Positions 1-10,900 of a DNA stretch of 17,680 nt are shown piece by piece; the first letter of the stretch is position 1; every line of letters starts with the position of its first letter. The position numbers were made by a program, and so were the translations under genes. Origin of the DNA: a bacterium (GTDB taxonomy: Bacteria > Muiribacteriota > UBA6191); NCBI GenBank assembly GCA_036339875.1, contig JAYZAC010000179.1, forward strand, positions 1-17,680, written 5' to 3'. The notes beneath the pieces were generated by a model. That model was not told where the DNA came from and searched no databases. It saw only the letters and a program-made list of their open reading frames with translations.

Positions 1-1932
1 TAGATTACACAATTGAAGTACACGTTCTTCAGTCTTTGGCGATATTAAACGATCAATATCGCCACTATTTTCAACGAGGTCATTACCGCCTCCATGCAGA
101 ATATAAATAAAATTATCACCATCTGCACCGAAAGCTACCAAAGGTGTTGCATTGGCTACATCAATTGAACCTTTGGTTAATGGCAATGTTCCGCGGAAAT
201 GATTATATTGTTCATAATTAAGCGTAAGATTATTACCATTTTCAGTAGCCCACCAAACCATTCCTCCAGTACCCCAAAAAGAGCTTGAGACATTGAAGTG
301 GGAGGGTGCCAAATCGGAGACGTAGATGAAGTCCTTATCATCATTCCCATTGGGTGCAATTCGTTTAGAGGTTTGTAGGGAGCGGACATTACCATTGCCG
401 CCTTGTGCTGCTCCGAAATTATAAGCAATCATATAATCGTTAGGATTAAATTGCCTCAGAATTCCTGCCCCATTGGTATCTGATAATATGCCAGACGATT
501 TATATGTGAGTGAATCATTCTCCCAATCCAAAAAGGAGTCTAAAGATGATCCATCTATTTGGAATACACCGTAGGTATCGTCTTGTGAGCCGGCTATCGG
601 GTAGTATTTTTTGATGATGTAGGCGCGCTGTAAATTTTGATTAGCACCTGCTGATGAAAATTTTGCACGACCTTTATTTATGACGGCATTAACCAATTTA
701 GCATTTTGTGCAGGTTGTCCACACAAGTCTGAACAGTCATTATATTCTTCTAATTCTTCACCAAATGCATAGGCTGTATCGATTGGTGTATTCCTGCAAT
801 GTAAAAAGCCAGAACCTGTATAATTATTGGGGTTACAGTTTGACGAAGTATAGTAATCCTCACCCTCAATGAATTGAAAGCCGGTAGCAGTGGAATTTTT
901 AAGTAGATCATTATCTTCAGCAGTAATAAATTCTTCCATGAATAGTTTAGATCGTGAAATCATCAAATCACTAATTCTGCGGGCGTTCTTCCGACCTCCC
1001 CCCATTACTACATCTTTACGAGCCCAGAACCAACCGAGAAGTGGCGAAGCATTTCCTCGCCTTCTTTGTCCACCAAATTGATTAGAATTTGAAGGGGAAT
1101 ATAGTTCGTCATAACCGACAATGAAGTGACCTCGACCATGCGCTAGAAAGCCTACTGGCTTACCCCATGGTTGACCTCTATTTGGAGCAATACCCTGAAT
1201 TGGAGGATGTCGTCGTGGATCAGAGATTACACGTATTGGAGGGAAAACTTGTGACCCGGCTTCCAAATTTGCAATGCCCGTAACAACTTTGGCGTGTCTA
1301 TTAACATCAGCTTCCCATGAGGCAAATTGTGTACTATTACGTTCGAAGCGACAGTTAATCATCATAGGATTGGCACCATTGTTTGGAGTATTGTAAGCTT
1401 TGGCATAGGTACCCTTTGGATACAAACAGTACCAGCCTTCTTTTCCATTTGCGGTATTAATAACGTAGGACCATCCAAAATTTATTGAATCTAAGTTGGA
1501 GGTATAAGCAGGTTGGCAGCCCCCGCCTCTTGGACCATAACTGGTAACCGCTCTGTAAGTATCCTTACCCAAGGGTAATTCACATTTAGGAGAACCAGGG
1601 TATTTGTTTCCTTCGTCTAGTAATGTCCATAATGATGTACTGTTTCGTGAATCAGTACGAAATAATTTTACATGTCCAAATTTATCTACCGATAGACCTT
1701 CGTAATTTACTATTCTGCTATCATCAGACAGGGGTAAGCGATTCGGTGCGTAATCCTGAGTTCTTTTGTAATGCCATAATCCTGTTGAGTCGCTAGGTAT
1801 ACCTCCGCTCTTTGGTCTTACAAGAATATATACATCACCATTTTTTTCTTGGATAGCTTTTACGATATCTGCTTGTAAGATACTTGTAAGAAAGGTACTA
1901 AAAATAAGATATGTAAGTATCAAAAATTTCAT
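1..1932 (-). CDS. Large secreted protein, partial (runs off left edge, >=644 aa); paralog of the 2143-aa protein at 4916..11347
   Basis: Not in the ORF track. Hand translation from ATG at 1932..1930 gives no stop through position 1. It begins MKFLILTYLIFSTFLTSILQA-DIVKAIQEKNGDVYILVRP (Sec-type signal peptide). It shares ordered blocks with the 2143-aa protein: NGDVYIL, GLSVDKFG, CSDLCG, SSAGAN..QRAYIIK, QTSKR, HFNVSSSFWGTGG, FGADGDNFIY. The start overlaps the upstream stop (ATGA). Confidence 0.93.
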   Translation of the reverse strand, partial: MKFLILTYLIFSTFLTSILQADIVKAIQEKNGDVYILVRPKSGGIPSDSTGLWHYKRTQDYAPNRLPLSDDSRIVNYEGLSVDKFGHVKLFRTDSRNSTSLWTLLDEGNKYPGSPKCELPLGKDTYRAVTSYGPRGGGCQPAYTSNLDSINFGWSYVINTANGKEGWYCLYPKGTYAKAYNTPNNGANPMMINCRFERNSTQFASWEADVNRHAKVVTGIANLEAGSQVFPPIRVISDPRRHPPIQGIAPNRGQPWGKPVGFLAHGRGHFIVGYDELYSPSNSNQFGGQRRRGNASPLLGWFWARKDVVMGGGRKNARRISDLMISRSKLFMEEFITAEDNDLLKNSTATGFQFIEGEDYYTSSNCNPNNYTGSGFLHCRNTPIDTAYAFGEELEEYNDCSDLCGQPAQNAKLVNAVINKGRAKFSSAGANQNLQRAYIIKKYYPIAGSQDDTYGVFQIDGSSLDSFLDWENDSLTYKSSGILSDTNGAGILRQFNPNDYMIAYNFGAAQGGNGNVRSLQTSKRIAPNGNDDKDFIYVSDLAPSHFNVSSSFWGTGGMVWWATENGNNLTLNYEQYNHFRGTLPLTKGSIDVANATPLVAFGADGDNFIYILHGGGNDLVENSGDIDRLISPKTEERVLQLCNL

Positions 1933-2942
1933 AATTTTTGCCAACTTTGTAATATTTTTATTAGTTTTGATTTTACTTTTTTTGGATATTTATATCTTTC
2001 AAACAGAAGGTTAAGGCATGGTAGGGTTAAATCTTCAACTTTTCCCAAGGTATCGAATTTTTCATAAACGTCAGAAAAGATGCTTTCTATATTTTGATAA
2101 TTATTTAAGTGAGACTCAAAGGTATGGAAGTATTGCTGGGCCGTACCCACATTTTTATAGTTAAAGAAAAACTGATTATTTAAGAAATCTTTTAGCGGAT
2201 TGTTATTCATGGGTATGAATGGTTTTTGCAATAACTTCAGTCGACTATTTTTGCCTCGCAGAGATTTAGCATTACGATTAATTACGATTTGAATGCTTTT
2301 GGATTGAGCCAATTCTCTAACCGTACTTTTGATTTCATCAACAATTTTATTCAACAATTTGTCTCGACTTTTGCGATCAATGAAAAGATCTTTGCTGTTA
2401 TTTGAGACCCAAGTTTCATAAGAAATTTTGATTTGCTTAATTTGAGTTTCATAACTCATGCGTTTTGACCAATATTCTTGTTCTATCTGTTGATATTTTT
2501 TATCAATATTTACAGATTTTTTGTCTGAATTTAGTAGGGAATTATTTGAACTTAAATATTTTTGTCTTAATAGATCTTTCTGTCTTGTAATTTCCGCTAA
2601 ATTAGCTTTCATTTGTTGTGATTTTTGGTTTTGTAAACTTCTAAATTTCTGAAGTTTTTTATGACGATCTTTTAGATAAAACTCGATGGGTATAGATAGT
2701 TTTGTAGGTATTTCCTTGAAGAAGCTATCCACTGCAAAATTGTATTCTTTCATACGGGGATGTAATAGAAACAATAAGTCCATCGAAACCCGACCTAGTG
2801 AAGGTACATAAGCTTTAACTTGATTGTCAGATTTAAAGGTTCTAGTTTGTTCTATCTTATATAGCGAGGCTAGAGGATCCTTAGATGAAAAAATATTATT
2901 ATGGATAAGTATCAAAATTATTATGAGTCTAATTTTTTCCAT
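1929..2942 (-). CDS. Exported, enlarged Skp/OmpH-like coiled-coil protein (paralog 1, 337 aa)
   Basis: Hydrophobic N-terminal signal. GRVSMDLLFLLHP resembles the Skp N-terminal strand, followed by a long K/Q-rich helical region. IVDEIKSTVRELAQSKSIQIVIN and EDLT resemble the Skp C-terminal helix, strand and DiT motif. The CDS is secure; the family call is by eye. Confidence 0.65.
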   Translation of the reverse strand: MEKIRLIIILILIHNNIFSSKDPLASLYKIEQTRTFKSDNQVKAYVPSLGRVSMDLLFLLHPRMKEYNFAVDSFFKEIPTKLSIPIEFYLKDRHKKLQKFRSLQNQKSQQMKANLAEITRQKDLLRQKYLSSNNSLLNSDKKSVNIDKKYQQIEQEYWSKRMSYETQIKQIKISYETWVSNNSKDLFIDRKSRDKLLNKIVDEIKSTVRELAQSKSIQIVINRNAKSLRGKNSRLKLLQKPFIPMNNNPLKDFLNNQFFFNYKNVGTAQQYFHTFESHLNNYQNIESIFSDVYEKFDTLGKVEDLTLPCLNLLFERYKYPKKVKSKLIKILQSWQKL

Positions 2943-3778
2943 ATTTCGTACAAATCTCCAATAATATTTGCGTGAGCTAAACTTTGGTTATTTTTTTCAT
3001 ATACTTTCTCTAAGATTACTTTTGTGTGGTCTTGATCGCCATGAATTATCAAATCATTCTGTAAATTGGAATATAATAAATTATCATATTCATATGCACT
3101 CGCCATGTAATCATTGAGTTGTGTTTCTATCCTATCATCACTGATTTTATTTACGTTTAATTTCATATACTCATAGAGTTTCCAATATTGATTAATACCA
3201 CTAAGATCAAATTGAAATGTATGACTAAAAGATTTTATTCCTACGCCTACAGATTCCTTACGAATCGGAACCATAAAATAGAGTTTTTTATGATCCTGAA
3301 TTTGTTGTACCGCTCTAGATATATCGCTAAAGATATCGTCGAATCGCGCTAGATTTTGTTCATCTGTAAGGTAGTAAGTCTGTAAGGTTGACAGCTTCTC
3401 AATATCGTTTCTGAAATACTTAAGATGAATTGATTTCGTTGCTTTTTGTAAGGTATCTCCATAGAGTCCATTTCGTCGGAGTTCTAGCACTTCATCATAA
3501 AATTTTTGCATGTTCTTAACTTGCTCAATTTTGGAAAATTCATTTTTTCGATTGTAGGATTTGATTGCAGACTTTCGTTCTTCGAGCCATTCTAAATCAT
3601 TCACTGTGTCGGGATTTTTCTTGAAAAAACGTTGCATGCCGAAATCATAACTTTGCATATCTGGGTGAAACAGAATCACGAAGTAGGGGTTAAACAAACC
3701 TACAGAATTTGCATAAATTAACTGGGGTATGAAAAAAAAGCTTAAAAATATAAATATCCTTAAAATTGTACGCAACAT
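2921..3778 (-). CDS. Exported, enlarged Skp/OmpH-like protein (paralog 2, 285 aa)
   Basis: Signal peptide MLRTILRIFIFLSFFFIPQLIYA-NS. Motifs VGLFNPYFVILFHPDMQSYDF, IFSDISRAVQQIQDHKKLYFMV and GDQDHTKVIL align with the other two paralogs. Overlaps the downstream gene by 22 bp. Confidence 0.62.
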   Translation of the reverse strand: MLRTILRIFIFLSFFFIPQLIYANSVGLFNPYFVILFHPDMQSYDFGMQRFFKKNPDTVNDLEWLEERKSAIKSYNRKNEFSKIEQVKNMQKFYDEVLELRRNGLYGDTLQKATKSIHLKYFRNDIEKLSTLQTYYLTDEQNLARFDDIFSDISRAVQQIQDHKKLYFMVPIRKESVGVGIKSFSHTFQFDLSGINQYWKLYEYMKLNVNKISDDRIETQLNDYMASAYEYDNLLYSNLQNDLIIHGDQDHTKVILEKVYEKNNQSLAHANIIGDLYEIWKKLDS

Positions 3779-3857
3779 CCCAAATTAGAGTATAGTTAAG
3801 AATATATCTATGGCTAGTGTACGCAATGATTTATATTTATTTTAACTACATAAAGTA
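3779..3857. promoter_or_regulatory. Divergent intergenic region expected to hold promoters for both arms
   Basis: 79-bp AT-rich gap between divergent starts. There is a minus-strand TATACT at 3794..3789, but I found no clean -35/-10 pair. Confidence 0.5.
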
Positions 3858-4919
3858 TTGACTAAAAATGGAACTATTTTGAGAACAGCTATAGTAATTT
3901 TCAGTTATCTTTTCAACTTTATTCTCGTTGGTCAAAGTAACCCATCTGTAAATAACTTATCTTTCGAAAAGCTGATGCAATCGCGTCCGCCTTCGACAAA
4001 CGACTTAGACGGCATGGATGGCGAGCATACCGGTAATGACTTCGGCTATGTAAATTATAAAACTTTACTCTTATTTCATCCTCGGATGAAGGTTTATAAC
4101 TTTAAGATTAATAATTTCTATAGACCGATACCTCGAGATGTGAAGGTCCCACTAAAATATTACTTAGAGGATAGAGAGCGTAAATCCGTAAATCTTATTA
4201 AGTCTTCAAGGACAGCTTATGAAAATCATAACCGTAAACTTTTAGCCCTTCATAGAGATAAAAATAGAGTATCAGCTAATTTCAAGGAACAGAAGCGATT
4301 GTTATTAAGGGATAAATTTGCAGATACAGAGGCCGAATTGATTGCTTTGGATGCAAAAGAAGATAATACAATTGCAGAGATTACAGGCAAAATTCAAATG
4401 ACCAAAAAACAGATGCAGGATTTGTATAATCAGTCATTTGGAATTCATTATCTCTCGCTCGACGAACGTCGAGCAGAATTTAAGAAGATCGAATCGGAAG
4501 TAAAGCAAGCTATCGAATTGATTCGTCAAAAACAAAAATTAATTTTTATCTTGAATAATCAAGTTGGAGATTTCGATGATGTCTTAAAGCCAAATCCCCG
4601 TATGTTTAATTACTCTGGATTTGTAGAAATGAACAACTTATGGAAGTTTCTGCATAGAACTCAAGTTTTGGAGAGTGGCGAGTTTGATGATTTTCGGCTC
4701 GGTGATGATGTTAAAGCGATGCTCAGCTACTATGATAGAAAAACTCGCATTGGATCTGTATTTCAACTACCTAGTATAAATCAATTTGTACTAGCAGGTG
4801 GACGTGATGTGACTTTACAGTGTTTAGCTGAAGTTTACTTAAAGTATAAGTATTCACGGCAAAAAATTATTCGTTTGATTAACATAATAGCTGAGCTTGA
4901 TAAAGGAGGAGGTCGATGA
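3858..4919 (+). CDS. Exported, enlarged Skp/OmpH-like coiled-coil protein (paralog 3, up to 353 aa)
   Basis: TTG start (alternative TTG at 3879). Hydrophobic signal segment, then FGYVNYKTLLLFHPRM, a long coiled coil, IESEVKQAIELIRQKQKLIFILN and VLAGGRDVTLQCL. This is the clearest match of the three to the Skp/OmpH pattern. Confidence 0.7.
   Translation: MTKNGTILRTAIVIFSYLFNFILVGQSNPSVNNLSFEKLMQSRPPSTNDLDGMDGEHTGNDFGYVNYKTLLLFHPRMKVYNFKINNFYRPIPRDVKVPLKYYLEDRERKSVNLIKSSRTAYENHNRKLLALHRDKNRVSANFKEQKRLLLRDKFADTEAELIALDAKEDNTIAEITGKIQMTKKQMQDLYNQSFGIHYLSLDERRAEFKKIESEVKQAIELIRQKQKLIFILNNQVGDFDDVLKPNPRMFNYSGFVEMNNLWKFLHRTQVLESGEFDDFRLGDDVKAMLSYYDRKTRIGSVFQLPSINQFVLAGGRDVTLQCLAEVYLKYKYSRQKIIRLINIIAELDKGGGR
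4904..4913 (+). promoter_or_regulatory. Shine-Dalgarno site of the 2143-aa gene
   Basis: AGGAGGAGGT; AGGAGG ends 6 nt before ATG 4916, inside the last codons (KGGGR) of the upstream gene. Confidence 0.75.
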
Positions 4920-7900
4920 AACTTCTTCAAGTCCTTCTTTTCTACTTCACTTACATGGTAAGTCATGGAATCCCAGTGACTGATCGGGAATCAGCAATTC
5001 AGAATATTAAAAATCGAAATGGCGATGTATATATTTTGATGTATCCAAACAATGGTAATACCGGTCAGGATGGTAAGCATGGGGTATGGAGGTTTATTCG
5101 TGGTGATGATTACCCCGATGACACTAAGTATAAGCGCTCTTATCTTCCAGGCTTCACAGGAGGAGCAAGATATAGTGGACTGACTGTAGACAAATTTGGA
5201 CGTATTTTTGTTTTTAGAGAAGAAGCAAATGCTGAAGAATCTATTTTGCAAAAAAATAATGTATATCCTGGTCAAACGGGCCCTCGTCCAGCTTTATATA
5301 GCACGAACATCGTAAGAATTAATAATGGTGGTACGGGTTGTGCAATGGAGGGTTCCCTGAATGGCTCTCCGCCTGGTTGGGTATACGCAATCTCAGATAA
5401 CGGCGATGAGGGTTGGATCCAATATTACGATGTTAATGATACAAGTCGCACTTGGGCTCCAGACCTGAAAATATTTACAGCGAGGAATTTAAATCTGCCA
5501 CCGGGAACTGAAATTTTGCCCCCGCTCTTTAAGCATGTTAATGCTAATTATGTGTACCCAAGACATGGTGGTTTTTTTGGTAAGAATAGTGTAGGTGGAA
5601 CCGGCGCACGACCGGCGATTGAAGTTCAAGGAGTTGTACAAAGTAATGGTAGTCAGCCATATTGTGGCGATGGTTCCAACAATGGTGGAGCTCGCTATGC
5701 AGAGTGGAATGTACATAATGGTACTCCTTGTGGTGACCCCATTCATCCTATGATAGGTGCGTTCTTCATGCATCCTACAATTACAGGTCATCATAATAAT
5801 AATCTTGCAGCCGTACGAGTATGCGATGTCAAAGTTGAAACTCGTAAGTTATATTTTGATCAGTATATGACGCCTGAAGATCTTTCGACGCTACAAACCT
5901 CCGAACCATTTTTAGTAGCTGCTGGTGAAAGTATTGAAAAGCCTAGTGCAGGTGGCCAACTTTATGCTAACAATCAAGTTCTAGCAACTTCTGTCGGTTC
6001 TAACACTGTATATGCTCGGTTTATGCATTGTGGAGATCAATGTGGAGCACCAGGAGTACAGGCACCTACAGTCCTTACTCAACCTGGTAAAGCAGTTGGT
6101 GCGGTGTCATCAGCAGGTGTAAATGATCAAGAACAACGCAAATACATAATCAAATCATCAACCAGTGGTGGTACATATATCACTGCAGTGGTTCAGGTGG
6201 GTTTGGGTGAACTAATCCGTCAACCTGAAGGCGGCGGAATTGAGTATAAGGCGACCAAAGCTTCTGAAGAGTTCAGATGGAATTCAAATATCGGAAATAC
6301 AAGATTCAACAGTGATAAATATATGGTTGACGCTTCAAGAAACTATGGAGATTGGACTGGACATATAACTTCAGTTCAGACCTCTAAGCGTACAAATGAT
6401 AAGGATTGGGTATACCGATCCAATCCTCAAAATGCATCTCATTTCAGAGTGTCTGAATCATTCTGGGGAACCGGCGGCACTATGTGGTTTTTACGGAATG
6501 CTTCTCAAGTACCTGGTGCCGAGTTACGTAAGAGACAGTTCAATCATGAGAATGGAGACCAGATTGAATCTCGTAATATTGATTTATCAAATGAAGGCGA
6601 AGTGGTGGGCTTCGGAGCAGATGGTGATGGATTTGTATATTGGCTTGAGTTAGGTTTTGTAGAGGATTTATCGGATTTGAAGAATATTTTGGGCGGTGCT
6701 TCTCCCACATGGAATACACTAATAAATTCTGGAAAATTAAAGGATCCAACCGCTCTTCCGGCTCCTGCCGTTGGTGAAGCTAGTACCACCTTCAGTATTA
6801 CAGTTAAACGAGAGGCTGGACTGTCGCTTAAAAAAACTGTGACTGGTGGCGACCCATATTTAGTGGGTACAGTTCCCACTAATTCTAATGATTGCGTCAT
6901 TTCGGTCATTAGTTATTCATCTGATCCAAATAGAGCTTTAGACTGGGATGATCCATCTTGGGATACCGATGCTAATTTTTGCGGCACTCCCGGTGTGAGT
7001 ACCAATTTAGATATTGAGATGGCAGTAGTTAATGTATCAAATCCTCCTGCTTCGTCGGGGCAATTTACCTTGGACATCGTTGATGTTCCCGAGGTTTTAG
7101 AAGGTCAAAGAATTCAGTTTTATATGGAAAATCCACCTCGTTTTGACGGGCCCCCTGCTCAGTTGGCGCAGGCTGGCGGCCCAACTCAACCGCAGTGGGT
7201 AATAGATCAGTTGGGTGGGAATCCTTATTGCTCGAGTCAGAAAGGTTTAAGAAAATTTCACTATCCGGGGATTACTGGTGCCCAAAACCCAAATGGATAT
7301 GTAAGAACAGTTAGTAATTATACGGCGTCTGGTAATGAAATAGTGCTAACCGCATTGGATGAAGCAGATGGCGAGCCTTCGCGTAATTACTACAAAGATA
7401 ATGATACAGTTGATGGAATGAATATGCCGTCTTTCATCATGGATGATATTCCTGATGTTAGCTGCAAGTATCCATTTTTCCAAGGTAAGGAACGAGTCGT
7501 AACGGATTATGATGCAGAGAATAATGCGTACATTGTAAGCGAAGAGGAGCAAGTTAAGACTTTGCGTGTTCGTTGGGAGGTACGTGCACTTTCACCACCA
7601 TTGAGTCTGAAGAAGGGACATCCTAATGTTCAAAGTGTATTTCAGCCTGGTGGTGCGGGGGCTACGTTATATCCTTGTAAAGATATTCTTACGGGTGCCG
7701 AGGAGTCTTTTTCGCCCATGAATGAACCGGGTTTGATTTATTATGAATGTTATCGAGATATTCAGATTCATCCCACTTTAGGTGACACAGATGGAGACGG
7801 AGTCGATGATCAAACAAATGTGATTAGTAATGAAATTTTGTTTCCTGACCCAGGGGTATATGAAGTAAAACTTTCCATGATGGGTGTGCGCTGGAATGCC

Positions 7901-10900
7901 GATGATTTGACTTTTGAAGATGACTCCAGCGGTGTTACTTATGAAGTAACTGAAGCGGTGGCTACTTACACAATCAACGTTAAACCGCGCCAAATTAAAG
8001 GTGACGGTAAAGTGCGTGATGTCGGCATCCTTAATCGGCTCTATTCAGGTGAATTGGAATCTGCTCCCCAAGACCCTAATGATCCATACATCAATAAGAA
8101 GAAAATTGAGTTGTTTGATAATGAATACATGATTGTTAGAGAAAATACGGGCACCCCTCTGGTTGCTAGCGCCACAATTGACTTTTTTCAAGGGGTTGAT
8201 AAAAGGTATATAGATCCGAGTGACAAAGACAATAACCTCATGCAAAAATTCAATGGCGTTGGCGTCTGGGATTATGAATACCCCGGAGATGACGGCTCCG
8301 GTGGGGCGAATGATAAAAGAGGTACGCATCCACCCAATTGGGATAAAGATGGAGGCGGTAAAATTCTAGATGATGCTGGTAATGATGCAACCAATGATAA
8401 AGCTTCAAATTACGCTTTAGATAGTTCTGGTGACAAACTCTTTATCGATGATGTGGTAGAAAGAATTCAAGGAACCTACAGCTCAGATTCGTACTACTCA
8501 GGCACAGATATGAGTGACTCTCCAGAAGCTATGTTTGATTGGTGGGAAATAAAGTACTACTGGTTTGTAAGATACAAGAACCCAGTGACGGGTGTAACAG
8601 AAGGGCCTTATTTGATACGACAGGGTAACCTAGCTGAAATTTGGGCTATTCACAATTTTGCAGATGATGAATCTAAAAATAGGATTATGCCTGGAGAGCT
8701 AGATAAGAATCCGCCCTTATGGACCGAGGGCTCATTAATCCAAAAAGATGCTGATACTAATAAGAGACGATACCATGTCAAAGTCCCACTTTTTAAGCCG
8801 AATCTTTGTATTGGTGCAGATCAAATAATTGGCGATGCAGATTGTGTGATCGATTGGAATGGAATATTTGGTAAGCAAAACTTTAAAGACGTGCCCGGTG
8901 GGTCAGATTCTACTTTCAGTTCAAAATTAAGTACTTATATATTTAGAGTGCCTACCGAACCGACTGCATTAGAATTTAGCTTTATGATTGATTACCCCAG
9001 AATGGCCTGGAGGGCTCGTAATCCAAACAATGTAGGTAAGTCCGACTATAAGAATGGGGCAGTAATCACTTATGGTGAAAAACCTGATAAAGATGCAATA
9101 GATAATATTGACCCTGACGATTTCACTAAATGGGTCGAGGAAATTCAAGATGAAGCTACCTATTTTGATGCGGTCTACTGGGGGCCAAAATCTGACGCTC
9201 AGACGCCAGATAATAGAATTGTTGATCCATTTGCTCCGCCAGACCCAGCAGATTTTCAGCGCGGTGCTAGTGTGAATGACCCGCGATTAATTTTGGGAAA
9301 TTCCTCCAAGCACGTGAAAGATCAATCAAACCAGTCCCTGCAGCTTTGGGGTGGGGTCGCTAATTATGTAGGTGGTGGTGTCTTTAGTGAGGACCCTGCG
9401 GCTTCAGGTGGCATTAATATGGACGGAGACTATACTAGAGCACCAACTGATGACAATTGGTACGATGTGATTATCCGAGATAATACACCTCCAGTGATTA
9501 CGGTGGTAAGTGCTGATAGTGGAATAAGTGAAGTTATTCTTACTTCTGCCATAGATGATGTTCAAAGTGCTGGATTCGGTGGCTTTAATGGTAAAACAGG
9601 TGGGATGCTTGAGAATCAGGAAGGAATAGTTATTGCCGTAATCGATAATAATCCTTATCAGCATTGGAATGGTTATGACGCGCAGGATGTGGATGATCTT
9701 GATTCGGCCGATGTGTCTTGGTGGGCACCCTTCTTACAGCAAGCCTACTACGAGATTGGTGCAGACCCGCGTAATCTATACGGTCTTGGTCTACAAACAG
9801 GTAAGGCTGATAGCCCTTGTGTGCCCGGATTTTTTATCTCAACTCCAATGGATTTAGAAGATGCGGAAAGTTCTATTTTTGTAAACTGGGAAGATCAATT
9901 GATCCCTCAAATAGAGGGTGAGGAATATTTTATCGATAGTAAGCCTATTAGTACCATCTCAGCAGATTGTAAATTTCATTACGAACCGAAAAAAATTCAA
10001 CTTTATAAACTTGATGATGCTAATAATAACCAGAGTTTTTATAAGTTAGGTACGGGAGTCTCCGGTAGATTATGTTCACCATTTCTATTCGATACCAATA
10101 ATATTGGAAATTGTAATTTTCCAGGTTTTTCAATGCCAGAAACCATTGAATTGACAAATGTTCAGCACATTGAAGGCAATAGTAACATCATCGAAAATAA
10201 GCCCAACGAAAGTTATGTCATGACATTCTCTCCTGAAGAGGTTTTAGAGAAATTTGGCGGAGGTTCCGATGAGGCTATGATTAGATTTATCAGTCAACCA
10301 GATTTGTATGATTATGTGGACAGTAATGCTGCGTCTCTGGATATAGGCAGAGAAACAAAGTCATCATTTGAAAATCTTTTTGATAGAGATAAGTCATGGC
10401 GTAAAACCTTTTGGTGGATTCCAGCAGACGCTTTTGTATTACCCTATTTTCTCAATCCATCTTCCAAAGGAAAAGAGACACATGCTATTTGGGGTAAAGC
10501 CTATGATTTGAGTTATTTATCATTGAGAGAAGATGGGATCGATTATTATCTTGGACGAGAAGATTCTGGGACAGCATCTCCTACAGAGATTACTCTGCCA
10601 AGTGAATTTGCTACTAAATTAGGAACTTTTGATATTGAAGATAACCGACCTCCTAATATCAAAATTACTTTTTATGATTATAAGTATAATCAATTTTTTA
10701 AGATCTTATTATTAGATGATTATGCTCATGTGTATAGAGCTTCTAATTCCAGTAAACAAACTGAAAATGTGATTCTAATGAAAACCAAAGATCCTCGTGG
10801 ATTACTGTATGAGGGCGATGTAAGTCATAAGGATATAAGTTCAGGCAGAATTCCAGAAGCGGATGATTATACATATCGCTTATATAAGCCTGCTAGTATC

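Noticed and set aside
177..1081. Short track ORFs 177..428 (-) and 890..1081 (+)
   Set aside because: They lie within the 644-codon minus-strand gene 1932..<1, which is supported by paralogy; these are shadow ORFs.
3811..3825. TGGC...GC resembling a sigma54 -24/-12 promoter
   Set aside because: The GG-to-GC spacing is one base short of the strict requirement and the TTGC element is absent.
1825..5035. Inverted near-identical 18-mers (1825..1842 and 5018..5035, 17/18 match) as possible invertible-segment ends
   Set aside because: They encode the conserved NGDVYI peptide of the two paralogs. Other conserved blocks show synonymous divergence and there is no recombinase in the window. Read-level evidence of inversion would be needed.
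4991..9857. Ten short ORFs inside the 2143-aa gene
   Set aside because: Antisense or alternate-frame shadows with no recognisable motifs.
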